From Eledone cirrhosa (Eukaryota), in NCBI GenBank assembly GCA_964016885.1, contig OZ024742.1, positions 91,636,001 through 91,700,000 on the forward strand: 64,000 nt of DNA, written 5' to 3'. The position numbers and the translations under genes are program-made. How positions within the stretch are numbered: position 1 is the first letter of the stretch; every line of letters starts with the position of its first letter. Shown piece after piece: positions 12,826 through 27,107 of the stretch. The notes below the pieces were generated by a model, which worked only from the letters and a program-made list of their open reading frames with translations, was not told the DNA's origin and did no database searches.

Positions 12826-14327
12826 ATTGGGGTTATGCTTCAGATCAGCAAATAAAGTATTCTTGCAGACCATCCGTCGACATCGTAATAAGACGTCCTC
12901 ATGCACAGTTGCTATCAGGAACGTTTCTGGGGTCCTCTTGAGGTGGAGAGAATACTTTGTTGATCTCCTGAACACGATTACAATAGTATATTCTGCTGTA
13001 CACGAGGTGCACCTGGGAGCGGGGACAAATCTCTCGGAGACTGAGGTCACAAGAGCAATTAAAGAGCTCAAATGTGGCAAGGCCGCCGGAGAAGATGAAA
13101 TCCGGCTCGAGGTGTTAGAATCTTTAAATAAAGAAGGTATTATCTGGCTGACACGTGTGTGCCGGGTGGCCTGGATCTCTGAAAAGGCACCTAAACAGTG
13201 GCAATCGGGAGTGATAATTCCTTTTTTCAAAAAGGGAGACTAGAGAGACTGTTTCAATTATAGAGGGATCTCCTTACGGCTCTCCGGTAAAGTCTATGCT
13301 AAGTGACTGGCAAAGAGATGCAGGCAAATTGTCGAGTCCAAACTAGCTGACAAACAGTGCAGTGTTCGCCCCGGATGCATTACAGCCGACCAAATATTCA
13401 CTATATGACAGGTCTTCGAGAAATCATGGGAGTATAGCCAAGAGGTCGTGCAGAATTATGGGATTGTTGGTCAGCTTCTAGCTATCCTGATGTCTCTATA
13501 CGAATACCTCAGTATTTGTTCGGATAGATTGTGCTAAATCGAAACCATTCAATGTGGTAGTTGGACCTCGGCAAGGGTGCGTGCTGTCACCTTCCCTGTT
13601 CATTATTTTCATGGACTGGGTTGTCATGCGCAGCCGGGTCGGAAGTGGGGCCAAGACTCGTGGGTGTAAAATTAGTCGGCTGGTATTTACAGACGACATG
13701 GTGTTACTTAACTCGACAGAAGGTGATCTTCAACTTGCACTCGATAGGTATGATGCCGGGTGTTGTATGGCTGAGATGAAAATCAGTGCTGCGAAAACTG
13801 AGACACTAGTCCACTCAAGGAAGCCTGCTCAGTGCACTCTAGATTATCAGTTACACTGAAGCAGGTAGAGAGGTTCAAATATCTGGAGGCCGTATTCACG
13901 GGTGAAGGAAGGTGGTTGGCTGAATTAAGTGCAATGATTTCAAAAGCTGGTGCAGTAATGCACCAGCTTCAGTATTCGGTCATCCAAAAAAGGGAGATAG
14001 GTGTAAAAGGCAAACACACTATCTTCAATTCTGTATTCGTGCCAATCTTAGCTATGCTAATTAATCTTGGGAAATGACCGAAAGAATATGATTGTGAATA
14101 CAAGCGGATGAAATGGCATTACCCCGAAGGGCCTTTGGATCAGAGAGTCACTCCAGGTAGAGCCACAACTTTTCCGAATTCAGACATCACAGCTCCGATA
14201 CTATGGGCATGTGGTTAAAACGTCTCAGGAAAGAATCGCTGGATAGATTTTTCGGGCAAAACCAACCAGCAGGAGACACAGAGGTAGACCTCCGAGCAAG
14301 ATGGTTGGATAACATCCATGACCTTGG
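12826..14327 (+). mobile_element. RTE-clade LINE, 5'-truncated and decayed RT
   Basis: GKAAGEDEIRLE, WQSGVIIPFFKKGD, GPRQGCVLSPSLF, FTDD, VERFKYL, RARWLDNI; ends in a (GAA)n tail. Confidence 0.9.
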
Positions 14328-14484
14328 AAGAAGAAGAAGAAGAAGAAGAAGAAGAAGAAGAAGAAGAAGAAGAAGAAGAAGAAGAAGAAGAAGAAGAAGA
14401 AGAAGAAGAAGAAGAAGAAGAAGAAGAAGAAGAAGAAGAAGAAGAAGAAGAAGAAGAAGAAGAAGAAGAAGAAGAAGAAGAAGA
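14328..14484 (+). repeat. (GAA)n tail of RTE LINE
   Basis: Directly follows the RTE 3' region; the 55063 copy has the same tail. Confidence 0.9.
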
Positions 14485-14804
14485 ATATTCCTCGTAGCAG
14501 TCGATGTCAACTTCTTTTTCTGTTTTTAAGGGTCTTCACCCTAATTTATAAGCTATTTTGTAGCATCTCCGCGTATGAGCACACCGCTTTTTATATATCT
14601 TTTTATGTGTTGGCAGTGGTTGAATGACATGTAGGGACTATTCCGTTTTCATCAGCATTAAATGTAGGTAAAATAACCCAACCAGTGCACTGGTATTCAT
14701 TCTTAGTTGAATGAACCGGAGCAATGTGGAATGTAGTGAGTCCTCAAAAACAAACCGTATCACCTTGTTTGGAAATCGAACCTATTGCCTTATGATCTGT
14801 AGTT

Positions 14805-15035
14805 CAACGTGCTTGCACGAACAGATAGGATTTCAGATTGCTGTGTGTCCCCGTTAGTGCTTTGGAAACCACAAGCAGTCACTAATAACAGGGAGCGCAA
14901 GCTCTCCTATGCCGATGTCATCTCCAGAGATTTTGGTATTGAAATCCAAGACTTGGCAACGGCAATGAACGACAGACACACGTGGAGATCAATTGTTGAG
15001 TCGATTTCGGCTGAGGCCGCCGGATGATGATGATA
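14805..15035 (+). mobile_element. 3' end of an RTE-superfamily LINE with (TGA)n tail
   Basis: LVLWKP...RKLSYADVISRDFG...AMNDRHTWRSIV-stop-(tga)n. Confidence 0.65.
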
Positions 15036-15421
15036 AAATTTAATGTAGGCTTTAGACATTTCAGATTCGAAATGTGACACTTAAAGTCACACTTAAATTT
15101 GGAACTGAAATTCTCTATATTTAGTTCAAAACGCTTTAGCTATAGTCAACATAATTATATGCTGAAAAAACGTTTATATTGTATCAAGAATTATATTCTA
15201 TTACATGTATATACATCTTATTTTTTTAAATATCATATATCAATTTTCTTATTTGCAAGTATAGAGATATTTTAATATGGTTTTATTAGTTTATTTTGAA
15301 GACTGAGATATGACTTGGATAATGGTTTTAAAAGTATTTTAAGCCATTATAAATTCCCCAATCTCAAAGATACCGAAAAAGTAATCTGCATACATATATA
15401 TGTACACATCAAATAGTATAG

Positions 15422-15465
<44 letters not shown>

Positions 15466-15500
15466 CACATACATCAAATAGTTTCTCCCCCCCCCCCCCA

Positions 15501-15565
<65 letters not shown>

Positions 15566-16353
15566 GTGGAGAGTGGGGATATATAATATATTGTCTAGAT
15601 AATATATACATGAAAAATACGTTTGGCTAAAGAAGTGTGTATATGTGTGTGATCGACTGCATAGTTATGCGTAAATAAATCTCGTTGTTGAAAAATATTG
15701 CAGACTAAAATCTCTCCAATAATCACATCTAAATGTGGAAATATATCAATAAATTATTAACATCATTATTTCTAGACTGTAACATGAATAAATATTCTGG
15801 AATATAACTGTTGAAAAACGATTATGTGTACAGAAACACGCAGACAGAATTGTATGTATATACTTGTCTCACTAGCTCTTCTTGATTACCAACTGTACGA
15901 AGTACTCGATATTTCCCCAAGTCTGTCATGGCTTACTATTTCTATACGGACGTTAAACTGAATTGATATATATAGGAAGATTAATCATATTAAAAGGTAT
16001 CTATTTTTGAAGTTCTAGTCAACTTTATTTGTTACCTACCTAGCTATGCGTGGTTACACGCTTGTAAAAACTATCTTCTGCGATTATTCATGTTTATATA
16101 TATGTTAATCAATTTCTAGTTATTATAAAATGCTCGGACCTACTCGATAGAATCTTTGAGCTTATTTTCCGGGCGATATGGCGCACGCCGTTATGGCATG
16201 ACACCCATAATTCTGATTTGGATTAAATTCATTTATTTTATCTTAATTTTGGTGCACCCGGCCGATTAACACACTCGATATGCAAATTGGGCTACTCAGC
16301 CGTTAATATGCATAAGGTAAGTATATACGTTCAACAATCTGGCAGGAAGGTAT

Positions 16354-16396
16354 ACGTTGCTGACGATAGCTAACAAGCTTGAAACTAGTACAGCGT
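16354..16396 (+). ncRNA. Minimal type I hammerhead ribozyme, family D
   Basis: ACGTTG-CTGACGA-TAGCT-AACA-AGCTT-GAA-ACTAGT-A-CAGCGT. Confidence 0.85.
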
Positions 16397-16777
16397 TCCT
16401 TTGTCAGTGTTGAACAAACGAGCAACGGTGGTTGCTAGACACTACGGCTTAATACGGGATGTTTGTTTACAAACACACCGAGCATTATAATAAATGTTCG
16501 GTGAATCCATACGTGCATATATATATGTGTGCATGTATGTATATATATATATATACATACTACTGTACGTCGGTATACATATATGTATGTACGTGTACAT
16601 ACTTATATTTAAGTAACAGCCGTACTAAGAGTGGGAAATGAAATATCGTTTCATTTTTTCCGTTTATCGTTTTCGGTGCACCCGGCCGATTAACCCACTC
16701 GATATGCAAATTGGGCTACTCAGCCGTTAATATGCATAAGGTAAGTATATACGTTCAACAATCTGGCAGGAAGGTAT

Positions 16778-16820
16778 ACGTTGCTGACGATAGCTAACAA
16801 GCTTGAAACTAGTACAGCGT
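16778..16820 (+). ncRNA. Minimal type I hammerhead ribozyme, family D (second tandem copy)
   Basis: Identical to 16354-16396, 424 nt downstream. Confidence 0.85.
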
Positions 16821-17086
16821 TCCTTTGTCAGTGTTGAACAAACGAGCAATGGTGGTTGCTAGACACTACGGCTTAATACGGGATGTTTGTTTACAAACAC
16901 ACCGAGCATTATAATAAATGTTCGGTGAATCCATACGTGCATATATATATGTGTGTATGTATATATATGTATATATACATACTACTGTACGTCGGTATAC
17001 ATATATGTATGTACGTGTACATACTTATATTTAAGTAACAGCCGTTCTAAGAGTGGGAAATGAAATATCGTTTCATTTTTTCCGTT

Positions 17087-17117
<31 letters not shown>

Positions 17118-17341
17118 GTATATGTATATATAAAAATGAAAGGTATAGAAAATATTGAAACATAAAGCCAATAATATATATATATATATATATATTAGAA
17201 TTGGTGCTCTGAAATAGCGATATATATAGTGTATTTTGCAATACATTGTATGCTTAATTAAAAGCATTTTGAAGACCTTACGCTATTGTTTTAAAGTAGT
17301 GATTATGTCACTTACTTCTTTTTTCAGCAAGCAAAAGGAGA

Positions 17342-17389
17342 TAAGCTGACAGATCTCTGTTTCGTACTCTTGGTACTCCTCAGAGCTTA
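17342..17389 (-). ncRNA. Canonical type I hammerhead ribozyme, family E
   Basis: Reverse complement: TAAGCT-CTGAGGA-GTAC-CAAGA-GTAC-GAA-ACAGA-GA-TCTGT-C-AGCTTA; stem I extends to 17321-17412. Confidence 0.92.
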
Positions 17390-17767
17390 GCACTCCCTTT
17401 GCCTGCTGAAAATGATGAATGTTGGATTCTTGCTGAAAAAAGAAGTAAGTGACATAGTCACTACTTTAAAACAATAGCGTAAGGTGTTCAAAATGCTTTT
17501 AATTAAGCATACAGAGTATTGCAAAACACACTATATGTACATTTATATATATATATATATGATAAGAGGGTGTTAAAGTTTGCTTGAAGCATTGTGAAAT
17601 GTGTAAAATATGTATATATATATTCCTGGATCCACGGGAGTTCGCAAAGCTTTCCCAAGACTGCACATCAATTCCTGTTCTTTTCAGGTCTCATTTGAAT
17701 ACACATTTAAATCTCAGCCGGGTACGGCCTAGAGACCTAAACCCCACTGATAGTTCACGGTACACCA

Positions 17768-17827
<60 letters not shown>

Positions 17828-17834
17828 TCTCTCA

Positions 17835-17870
<36 letters not shown>

Positions 17871-17922
17871 TTATCTCTCTCTCTCTATATATATGTGTGG
17901 AGAGAGAGAGAGAGAGAGAGAG

Positions 17923-18270
17923 ACCTGCTGTACGGCGAACTATCAGCGGGGTTTAGGTCTCTAGGCCGTACCCGGTTGAGATTTAAATATGTTTTGAAAT
18001 GAGACCTGAAAAGAACAGGAATTGATATGCAGTCCTGGGAAAGATTTGCGAACTCCCGTGGATCATGGAAATGCACCATTCAGAGAATGGCGAAACAAGC
18101 AGAGAGAAACAAACTGATGAGAGATAGCCCCGTGCAAGTCTGGTTCTGTAAACAAGTACCATCTGCCTATATCTGTCACTCATGCAGTAGAGATTGCCAT
18201 CACTCCAACATCGGCCGCAACAGGAAAGGCAACACCCGGCAGTGACTAAATATCATGGTGCAGACGGAAG
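17923..18270 (+). mobile_element. RTE (BovB-like) LINE 3' end; inverted partial copy at 17622-17770
   Basis: DLKRTGIDMQSWERFANSRGSWK...YICHSCSRDC..SNIG C-terminal zinc-finger-like motif. Confidence 0.7.
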
Positions 18271-18300
18271 GGAGCCAGATACACACACAAACACACACAC

Positions 18301-18393
<93 letters not shown>

Positions 18394-18397
18394 AACA

Positions 18398-19240
18398 TTA
18401 GGGTGGCCCCTAGCAATAGGGCCCCAATCACCTAATCCTGTTTCAATCAACAAAAACACGGGGTGCGCCGAATTTCAGCTCAATCGGACAATTGTTAGGC
18501 GACCCTCAAACGCCTTGAAGTTGGAGCAGTATACGCTACGATTAATTCTGTTAAAAAGCGGTATACTCTTCCCTATCTCGACCATTTTCTTTTTTATTCT
18601 TAGAGAAATTTGTGTGGACACCAGCAAATGTTTAAAAACGTTCTGAATCAAATTTACCAATAGTTAATTTGAAAGATTCCTGAAATAACATGAAAAACTA
18701 AAGAAATATTAGGTTTTCTTAATAAAGCACACAACTTCTATAAGAGAAACGCATTTTTATTTACAACAATAATTTCTATAGAATCAAAAACTTAATGTGA
18801 ACACTGAACACTGAATATTGAATATTATTTTTGCATAAGAGAGGATTTAGTGGTAGCTGGGTATGTTTTACGGTTTTCGGTAACGATTGTTTCTCAATTT
18901 CATCTTTTGTGAGAATGTTATTGTAATCCTGAATGAGTTTGACACGCCTTTCTGCAACATCATTCACAACTGTCTTCTCAAGTTGTTCAAGTCCACTTCT
19001 GTAACCAGGATCATCCTTCCACATTGAAGGGTCTTTGTCGAGGAAATCGGTGCTGATAGAAAATCTCGTGAAGAAAGTTTTTGTACCAGGAAGTACAAAA
19101 GACGAAACCTCGATGTTTGTAAAGGAAGAAAAGTCATTTTGGTGCAGAATGTAGCTCTTCAGTTGATTTTTTTCTTTCTCCTCTTCTTCACCTTTGTCGG
19201 CTTCCAGCATACCTTGAGCAATATTTGCCTTAACCTCTCC
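18398..19240 (-). mobile_element. hAT-superfamily (hATm-like) DNA transposon remnant with transposase C-terminus
   Basis: Terminus TTAGGGTGGC; ORF 18776-19210 contains FLDKDPSMW...VVNDVAERRVKLIQDYN..TKDE. Confidence 0.65.
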
Positions 19241-19587
19241 TTGCTCTCCTTGCTCTCATTTTCTCATTGCTCTCCTTGCTTTCCTTGCTCTCATTTTCTC
19301 CTATTCTCTTTCTCTCCTTGCTCTCCTTTTATCTTTGCTCTCATTTTCTCCTTTTCTCTTTCCTCTCCTTGCTCTCCTTGCTCTCCTTTTCCCCATTGCT
19401 TTCGTTGCTCTCCTTGCTCTCCTCCTCTCATTGCTTTACTTGCTCTCCTTTTATCCTTGCTCTCATTGCTTCCCTTTTCTCCTTACTCCCGTTACTCTCC
19501 TTTTCTGTATTTATGTATTTGTTGATATACAAATACAATGAGAAAAGGGGAGCAAGGAGAAATATGAAAGCAAGGATAGTAAGGAGA

Positions 19588-19590
<3 letters not shown>
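19230..19590. repeat. Pyrimidine-rich (TTGCTCTCC)n minisatellite
   Basis: Direct reading. Confidence 0.8.
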
Positions 19591-19645
<55 letters not shown>

Positions 19646-19720
19646 CATATATATATATTACGCAATACCGAGTACTCATTTCTCTCAGCTGTCAACCACA
19701 TACGGATATATATATATATA

Positions 19721-20123
19721 TTAGGGTGGCTCTTAGCAATAGGTAATTTTCCGAAAGTTAAATGTTTGCTGCTCACACTGCGAAAAATAGGTGTTTGCCC
19801 TATACCTGCACTCTGTCCCCAGTTTTGATAGTTGCCTTCCCCATTATATTTATTGTCACTTATCCTTCTAATACCAAGCATAATTCTGAATAAGTTTTTG
19901 ATTTAAAAAAAAAATGATATAAGAGATAAAATATTTTTATCTGAAAAAATGACTTTCCGGGCGAAAACTTCAAAATTTCACGGTCGATGAGTGTCGCCTT
20001 GCAGTTGTCCACTTGAGCTAAAGTTTTGCATAGATTGGATTTGTGTTAATTGAAACAAGATGGGGTGTGGTGGGGTGAGAGATAAACCTTTAGGAAGTTG
20101 AAAAATAAGGCCCCCCCCCCTAA
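19721..20123. mobile_element. Non-autonomous TIR element related to the 18398 transposon
   Basis: Starts TTAGGGTGGCTCTTAGCAATAGG and ends TAAGGCCCCCCCCCCTAA; flanked by TA-rich sequence. Confidence 0.65.
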
Positions 20124-20203
20124 TATACATATACATGACAGGCTGAATGAGTTGGGGCCCAGGAAACTTGAGTACCTGTTTATGTCACTGTTGTGTTGTA
20201 ATT

Positions 20204-20750
<547 letters not shown>

Positions 20751-21196
20751 TGTGTATGTCTCTGTGTGTGTGTATATATATATAGGGAGAGAGAAGTGGG
20801 AAGAGAGATATTAATGATGATGATGATGATGATGATGATGAAAACAAGTTGATATAGCAATATGGGAGAATTATATGAAAGAGATCTGGGCCGCGGCACG
20901 TCGGACGTTCTGGTGGTGGTTGTGGTGGTGATGTTGATGAGGATAACGTTGGAGACGACGATGACGATGACGACAATGATGATGATGATAATGTTTATGA
21001 TGAAGACAACGACGACGACAATGATGATAATGATGATGATGATGATTGTTATGATGAAGACGAAAATGGTGATGATGTGGGCGTTGACCTTGGAAGCATT
21101 GCCGTTTTCTTTCACAGGGTAATAGTTTAAAACATTTCGTGGCTATAAACAGAGGAATCAAAGATATAATACATTCTATGGTTTTTCTTGCATCCG

Positions 21197-21210
21197 GTTA
21201 CCATAGCAAC
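21197..21210. promoter_or_regulatory. Candidate RFX X-box
   Basis: GTTACCATAGCAAC matches GTNRCC-N2-RGYAAC in non-repeat sequence. Confidence 0.35.
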
Positions 21211-21580
21211 AGTTTCCAAATAAATAAATAAAAAACATAATAAGAAAATGAAAGCCCAAACATGGCACAATTTAATGTAAATATTTACTTAAACAGTTAA
21301 AGCGTCTTCTTTACCTCTTTCGACTTCTATCTCAACTTCAACAAAGTCAGAAACTTAAGGGGTTGAGTTATTATCACAACGGACATCTAAGGATGCAACC
21401 CCTTCCCTACTAACTTAGATGTGAATGTGTGAGGGTTGATAGTATCTTCAGAGAAGACCTTATTGATTTCTTTCGTTTAAGAGAACAAAGGGAATACATG
21501 ACGGGGGGGGGGGGTTATTTTCTGTGGGAGGAAGGCGGTGTGTTGAATAAAGATGACAAATATGTTCACACCACATACAT

Positions 21581-21663
<83 letters not shown>

Positions 21664-21790
21664 CATGCACACACATATGTATATATTTACTCAATAATAT
21701 ATATATATATAAATACACACACACGCACACATATATATATATATATATACATATATGTATATATACACACATATATATAAACACACACAC

Positions 21791-21861
<71 letters not shown>

Positions 21862-22433
21862 ATATATATATAGAGAGAGAGAGGAGGGCGGGTGGAGTAG
21901 CCAGACCGTTATTTTACTGTGAGACTTCATTTCTTTCGATTGTTAATTTCGACAAAGTCGACTTTTTATATTGATTATTTTATTTATTTATTTTTTTTTT
22001 TTGTTAGGATAGGCGATTGATGAAGACCGGATATTTAATATGATGGTACCATTTATTTTGACTATGAGACACTATGACTTTGATTAGGGAACAAAGCTAT
22101 TTTGTTTCAGGGATTAATTTGTGGTTGGTGTTGAGGTGTTAGATAAAGCGATTGATGAGTGTCAAATATATTCCTAGATGTTATTTTGACTATGTGATAT
22201 TGTTGGTTTTCAACTTTAATAACCGAGCTATTGTTTAGAAATTTCTCTTATCGGATAAAGTGGATAGATAGGATTCGTGTGATTACAATATCTTTTTTAC
22301 CTTTTTTCTTTTTCATCCAAAATAAAGACATTCTATATAAATTACGTATATAATACCCTAATAACAATAAAGCAAACAGATAACAGAAAGAAAAAAGAAA
22401 GAATGGGAGAAATAGGAGGGGAAATGTCTACAC

Positions 22434-22695
22434 CAGGCATGGGCAACCTTTTTTGAGAAGCGGGCCGCATGAGATATGGCTCATCGTTAGGCGGGCCGCA
22501 AGCGCTAATTTACATTCGTGCCCAAATTTAAAAAAAGGGTGGTATCTCAGGTTGTTTTCATTTGTTTCTTCGGAATTCGCACACGTTGTTTTCCTCGATC
22601 GTAAAAATGATAGAAAGTTGGGGTAAAAAAATCAGAAAGATTTCACTTAGGCGAGCCATTCAGAAAGCTTCGCGGGCCTCATGTTGTCATAACTG
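22434..22695. mobile_element. hAT (Charlie-like) MITE with 8-bp TSD
   Basis: Imperfect TIR CAGGCATGGGCAAC...GTTGTCATAACTG, subterminal GCGGGCC motifs, TSD GTCTACAC at 22426-22433 and 22696-22703. Confidence 0.85.
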
Positions 22696-24521
22696 GTCTA
22701 CACTTTTGGCTTGGACGTTATTTCTACAATCAAGAAGGTCAAAGAGTTGTCACGGAAAACAGCCAGCGATACCTGCTACATCAGAAAATCGACGTCCCCT
22801 GGCTCCTTCAAAATGCTTATTGCTGTTTTGTTATGTCCATTTACTTTCTGAGTTCGAATTCTTCCGAGATCAAATTTGCCTTTCATTCTTCAAAAGGACA
22901 TAACATTTCATGAAGCTATGTGGTCGATATAATCTATTGCCCCCACTTCGGTTGTTTGTAACTTTCAATCTATGTTTTATATTACTATCATAAGGGTAGT
23001 ACGTGGTAGTATCAATTGTGCATCGAACATAGAGGCTTATTTTCATAGTATCTGAGACTAATGGAGAGAAGCGAGGAAATTATCTCGAAACTGGAAACCT
23101 GAACCAAATGCTTGTAAAAGAAATGTAAAACCTATGTAATTATGTTTAACGGGGCGATAGCTTAAAAGCAGAGATAATCCCTCCGATGGGCATTCGTACA
23201 TATTCTCTTCATTAAATATCATTCGCAAGGTTTTAATCATCCGCAGCTAGCATACTAGGCACCGCAGAATAGAGTTGTATCCGAAAACCATGTAATTAGC
23301 CAACAAATCATATTCAAACGACGTAGAATATTCTCATTCTGGTCTAAGTTTCAATCTAATGGTGATTAAATCAAAGGTGGACTAAATCATATCGATATTT
23401 GAATTAAACACGTTGTGTTACCAGACTAAATACTGTAATTCTTATTATCCTGTAGCTTACCGTTTATCTCATTATTACTTTCCGTTGAGGGTGTTGATTG
23501 GTAGAATTGGTAGGATGTCGGATGAAATGTCATTGTCGTATTTGTTCTGACTCTTCACATTCTGAGTTCAAATTCCGCTGATGTCAACTTTATATTTCAC
23601 CCTCCTGATGTAAATAGAATAAAGTACTTGTCACATGCAAACGTCGATATTATCAACTGTCCACTGCCTTGTGCCTAAATTATAAATCATTATCACATCA
23701 TCACTAGGATAGTTTCAACTGCAGAGGCCATGCCCTGTCATGAGCCCTTACCACCCGATAGAGTCGAAGGACCGACGTTGATATATACACTGCTTGTCTT
23801 GGGCATTTTAACCGTGGCAGAGCCCATCCTTCTACATGTCTGAACACAGCCGATTTATTCCAGACAAATAGAGAGAGAAATGATGTATAGAGTACGAATA
23901 GATCCTAGTATTGAACTGATACATTATTTATCGACCTCGAAAAGATGTAGTGAAATATTCACTCAGTGGTATTTGAACTCACTGCATAGAGAACTGGAAC
24001 GAGTAAAGCATTATATGCAATATCATTACGACTCTGCCAATTCGCTGATTTTGCAACAAAAGAAGGAACTAAAAGAATTTTGAGACAAAAACGATTGTGA
24101 GTTACTGATACCGATATGATTAAGTTAGAGTTTAAGTTTATGCTGTCGTTTTATGTCCGTTTTCCCATGCTTTTCACGGGAAAATGGACCAATACAGTTG
24201 GAGGTGGAGTTTGGTAATCTGAGTCACTTAACGCCAGAGAAACAAGGATAAGGACCTGTCAGATGAGCCTCTGTGTTTAGGAAAGACTTTAACTTCATAT
24301 CGGATATAGCTACATAGGGGACTGCCCTTGAACCAAACCAACGGTATATACCACTGGAAGACTCGCTTGCTATGGTAAAAGTGGAAATACTACATTAGCT
24401 TCTAAAATTTCGGCGAACACCAACATTTACTTAGAATATTTGTAACCGCGAATACCCCCCCCCCTCCGCAACAAACTCCTCCTCTCTCTCTCTCTCTCTC
24501 TCACATACACACGCACGCACG

Positions 24522-24566
<45 letters not shown>

Positions 24567-25324
24567 TAAAAACAACATGAGAAGGCCGAACTGCAAACTT
24601 TATGATTTTAATTGCCCGGCTTCATCAACCGAAAATATTGCAAGACCCAGGCGATTTCATAAGGTGTTAATTGCAGAATTATACATGAGAACATATATAT
24701 ATATATATATATATATATACAACCGTTTCATTGGTAAGCGCAACCTTATATCGCTATACTGCAAATAGCAGCCACTCGATAATAACTGTTATTCACCTCC
24801 AAATGTAAAAAAAAAAAAATGAAAATTTGGAGGTGAATAACAGTTATTATCGAGTGGCTGCTATTTGCAGTATAGCGATATAAGGTTGCGCTTACCAATG
24901 AAACAGTCGTAAAATCCTGGATAAAATACTTTTTTTAATGCTTACTTGTGTTTTCTCTTTTATTGTTTATACTCCAAGATTGAACGGGATCTACTAACCA
25001 GATTCTTGCAAACTTATGGAGTTACCACTAACCGTACGTTGGAAACCGTTCAAGAAACTGGCTATCTTAACCACGAACTGGATTACAATAAGCAATTTTC
25101 TGGTTTCCTAACTATATATATATATATATCTGTGTGTGTGTGTGTATAAACAAAGAGGGTGTGGTAAGATATCAGGTGGACCATAACGCACCATACTTAG
25201 GCTAGTAGAGTGGATAATAGGAAAAGAGTCAGGACCTCGACGGCTGAGGTCCGGCCGTTTCGACAGCTAAATCTAGCCGTCGAAACGGCCGGAGCTCAGA
25301 CGTCTGGGTACTGACACTCTTTTC

Positions 25325-25498
<174 letters not shown>

Positions 25499-25911
25499 AA
25501 ACCAAGCAGATAGGCAGAGATGAAAAGCATAATATAAAAAGACTGCCGGTGGTCTCTATCGACGAAAACTATTTATTGGTCGAAAAGTAAAATAACTCAA
25601 ATTTGTAAGCAGTTCTGACGGGTTTTAAATATAATGTGTATATGAAGGCGGTCCTCCAACATGACCTTTCAAACGATAAGTATCGCCTTATACACACACA
25701 TACATACACACACAAACGCACACACAGTAACACCGACGCGCACAATCACACACATATATATATATACATATGTAATGAGTTCCAAAGGTATTCCCTAAAC
25801 AGACGATATTGCTAGTTTGGGCCGATGGCACCATAACATATACTTATAATAACAAATACTAATATGTCGATTTATAATCCTATCCAAATCTTCACATTCT
25901 ATTCCGAAATG

Positions 25912-25945
<34 letters not shown>

Positions 25946-26006
25946 GAACATATATATATATATATACGTACACACACACACATACTCACATACATACATG
26001 TATATA

Positions 26007-26088
<82 letters not shown>

Positions 26089-26564
26089 CATAAATATATA
26101 TATATATAAGCATATATATGCGTGTGAGGTGTCAGTGTGTGTATTTAAACTTAAAAAATAAACGCTCATGTGTAGACGTACCTATATATTCTTTATATAC
26201 ATTAGATGTATTTTTCTTTCATAGTGACACAAGTTCAAAGGAATTACATTATGTTTATAATCATCAGTAAAAAACGTATAAATACGACCCGTTACTGAAT
26301 ATATCCAGACAAACATCCGATTGCGCGTGACAAAAAATTGTGATTTGTTAACCTGTTTGGTGTTGTATATTTATTTTACTAACACATCGGTACTTAGATA
26401 TGGCAGCTTCCAGGGCGTGTATGAATGATTACAACTCAACACAATCATGCAAGTTATAGAAGAATAAGGCAGCAAATATATTACATGCCCGCACATATAG
26501 ATCACACGCCTACACAAGAGCTCCCACCCCTATATATATATATGTGTGTATATGTATGTATGTA

Positions 26565-26639
<75 letters not shown>

Positions 26640-26796
26640 ATATGTATATATGTATTAATAAAAAAAAATATATATATATATATATATGTGTGTATATGTA
26701 TATGTATGTATTAATTTACGAAGGTCACCCAATTTACATCAGGGATCTACGACCTATACTCACTAACTCTAACACAATCAGCTAATGTATATAATG

Positions 26797-26885
<89 letters not shown>

Positions 26886-27025
26886 GATATATACATATGT
26901 ATCTCTGTTTTTCATTCATCGCCCTTAGCAACTGATGGAGTCATAATGATGCTGTCATCAAATACGGCGTGACTTGCGCATTCAGACTGGTGGAGCCACC
27001 ATTCTCCCGGTAAGAACATGGCGGA

Positions 27026-27107
<82 letters not shown>

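Larger units (their letters stand above)
16248..17088 (+). mobile_element. Tandem dimer of a 424-bp non-coding hammerhead-containing unit (retrozyme-like), family D
   Basis: Near-identical direct repeats 16248-16671 and 16672-17088, one HHR per unit, ending at (TA)n. Confidence 0.85.

Noticed and set aside
26235-26272. CTGATGA plus short stem on the - strand
   Set aside because: GTAA instead of GAAA and no convincing helix III.
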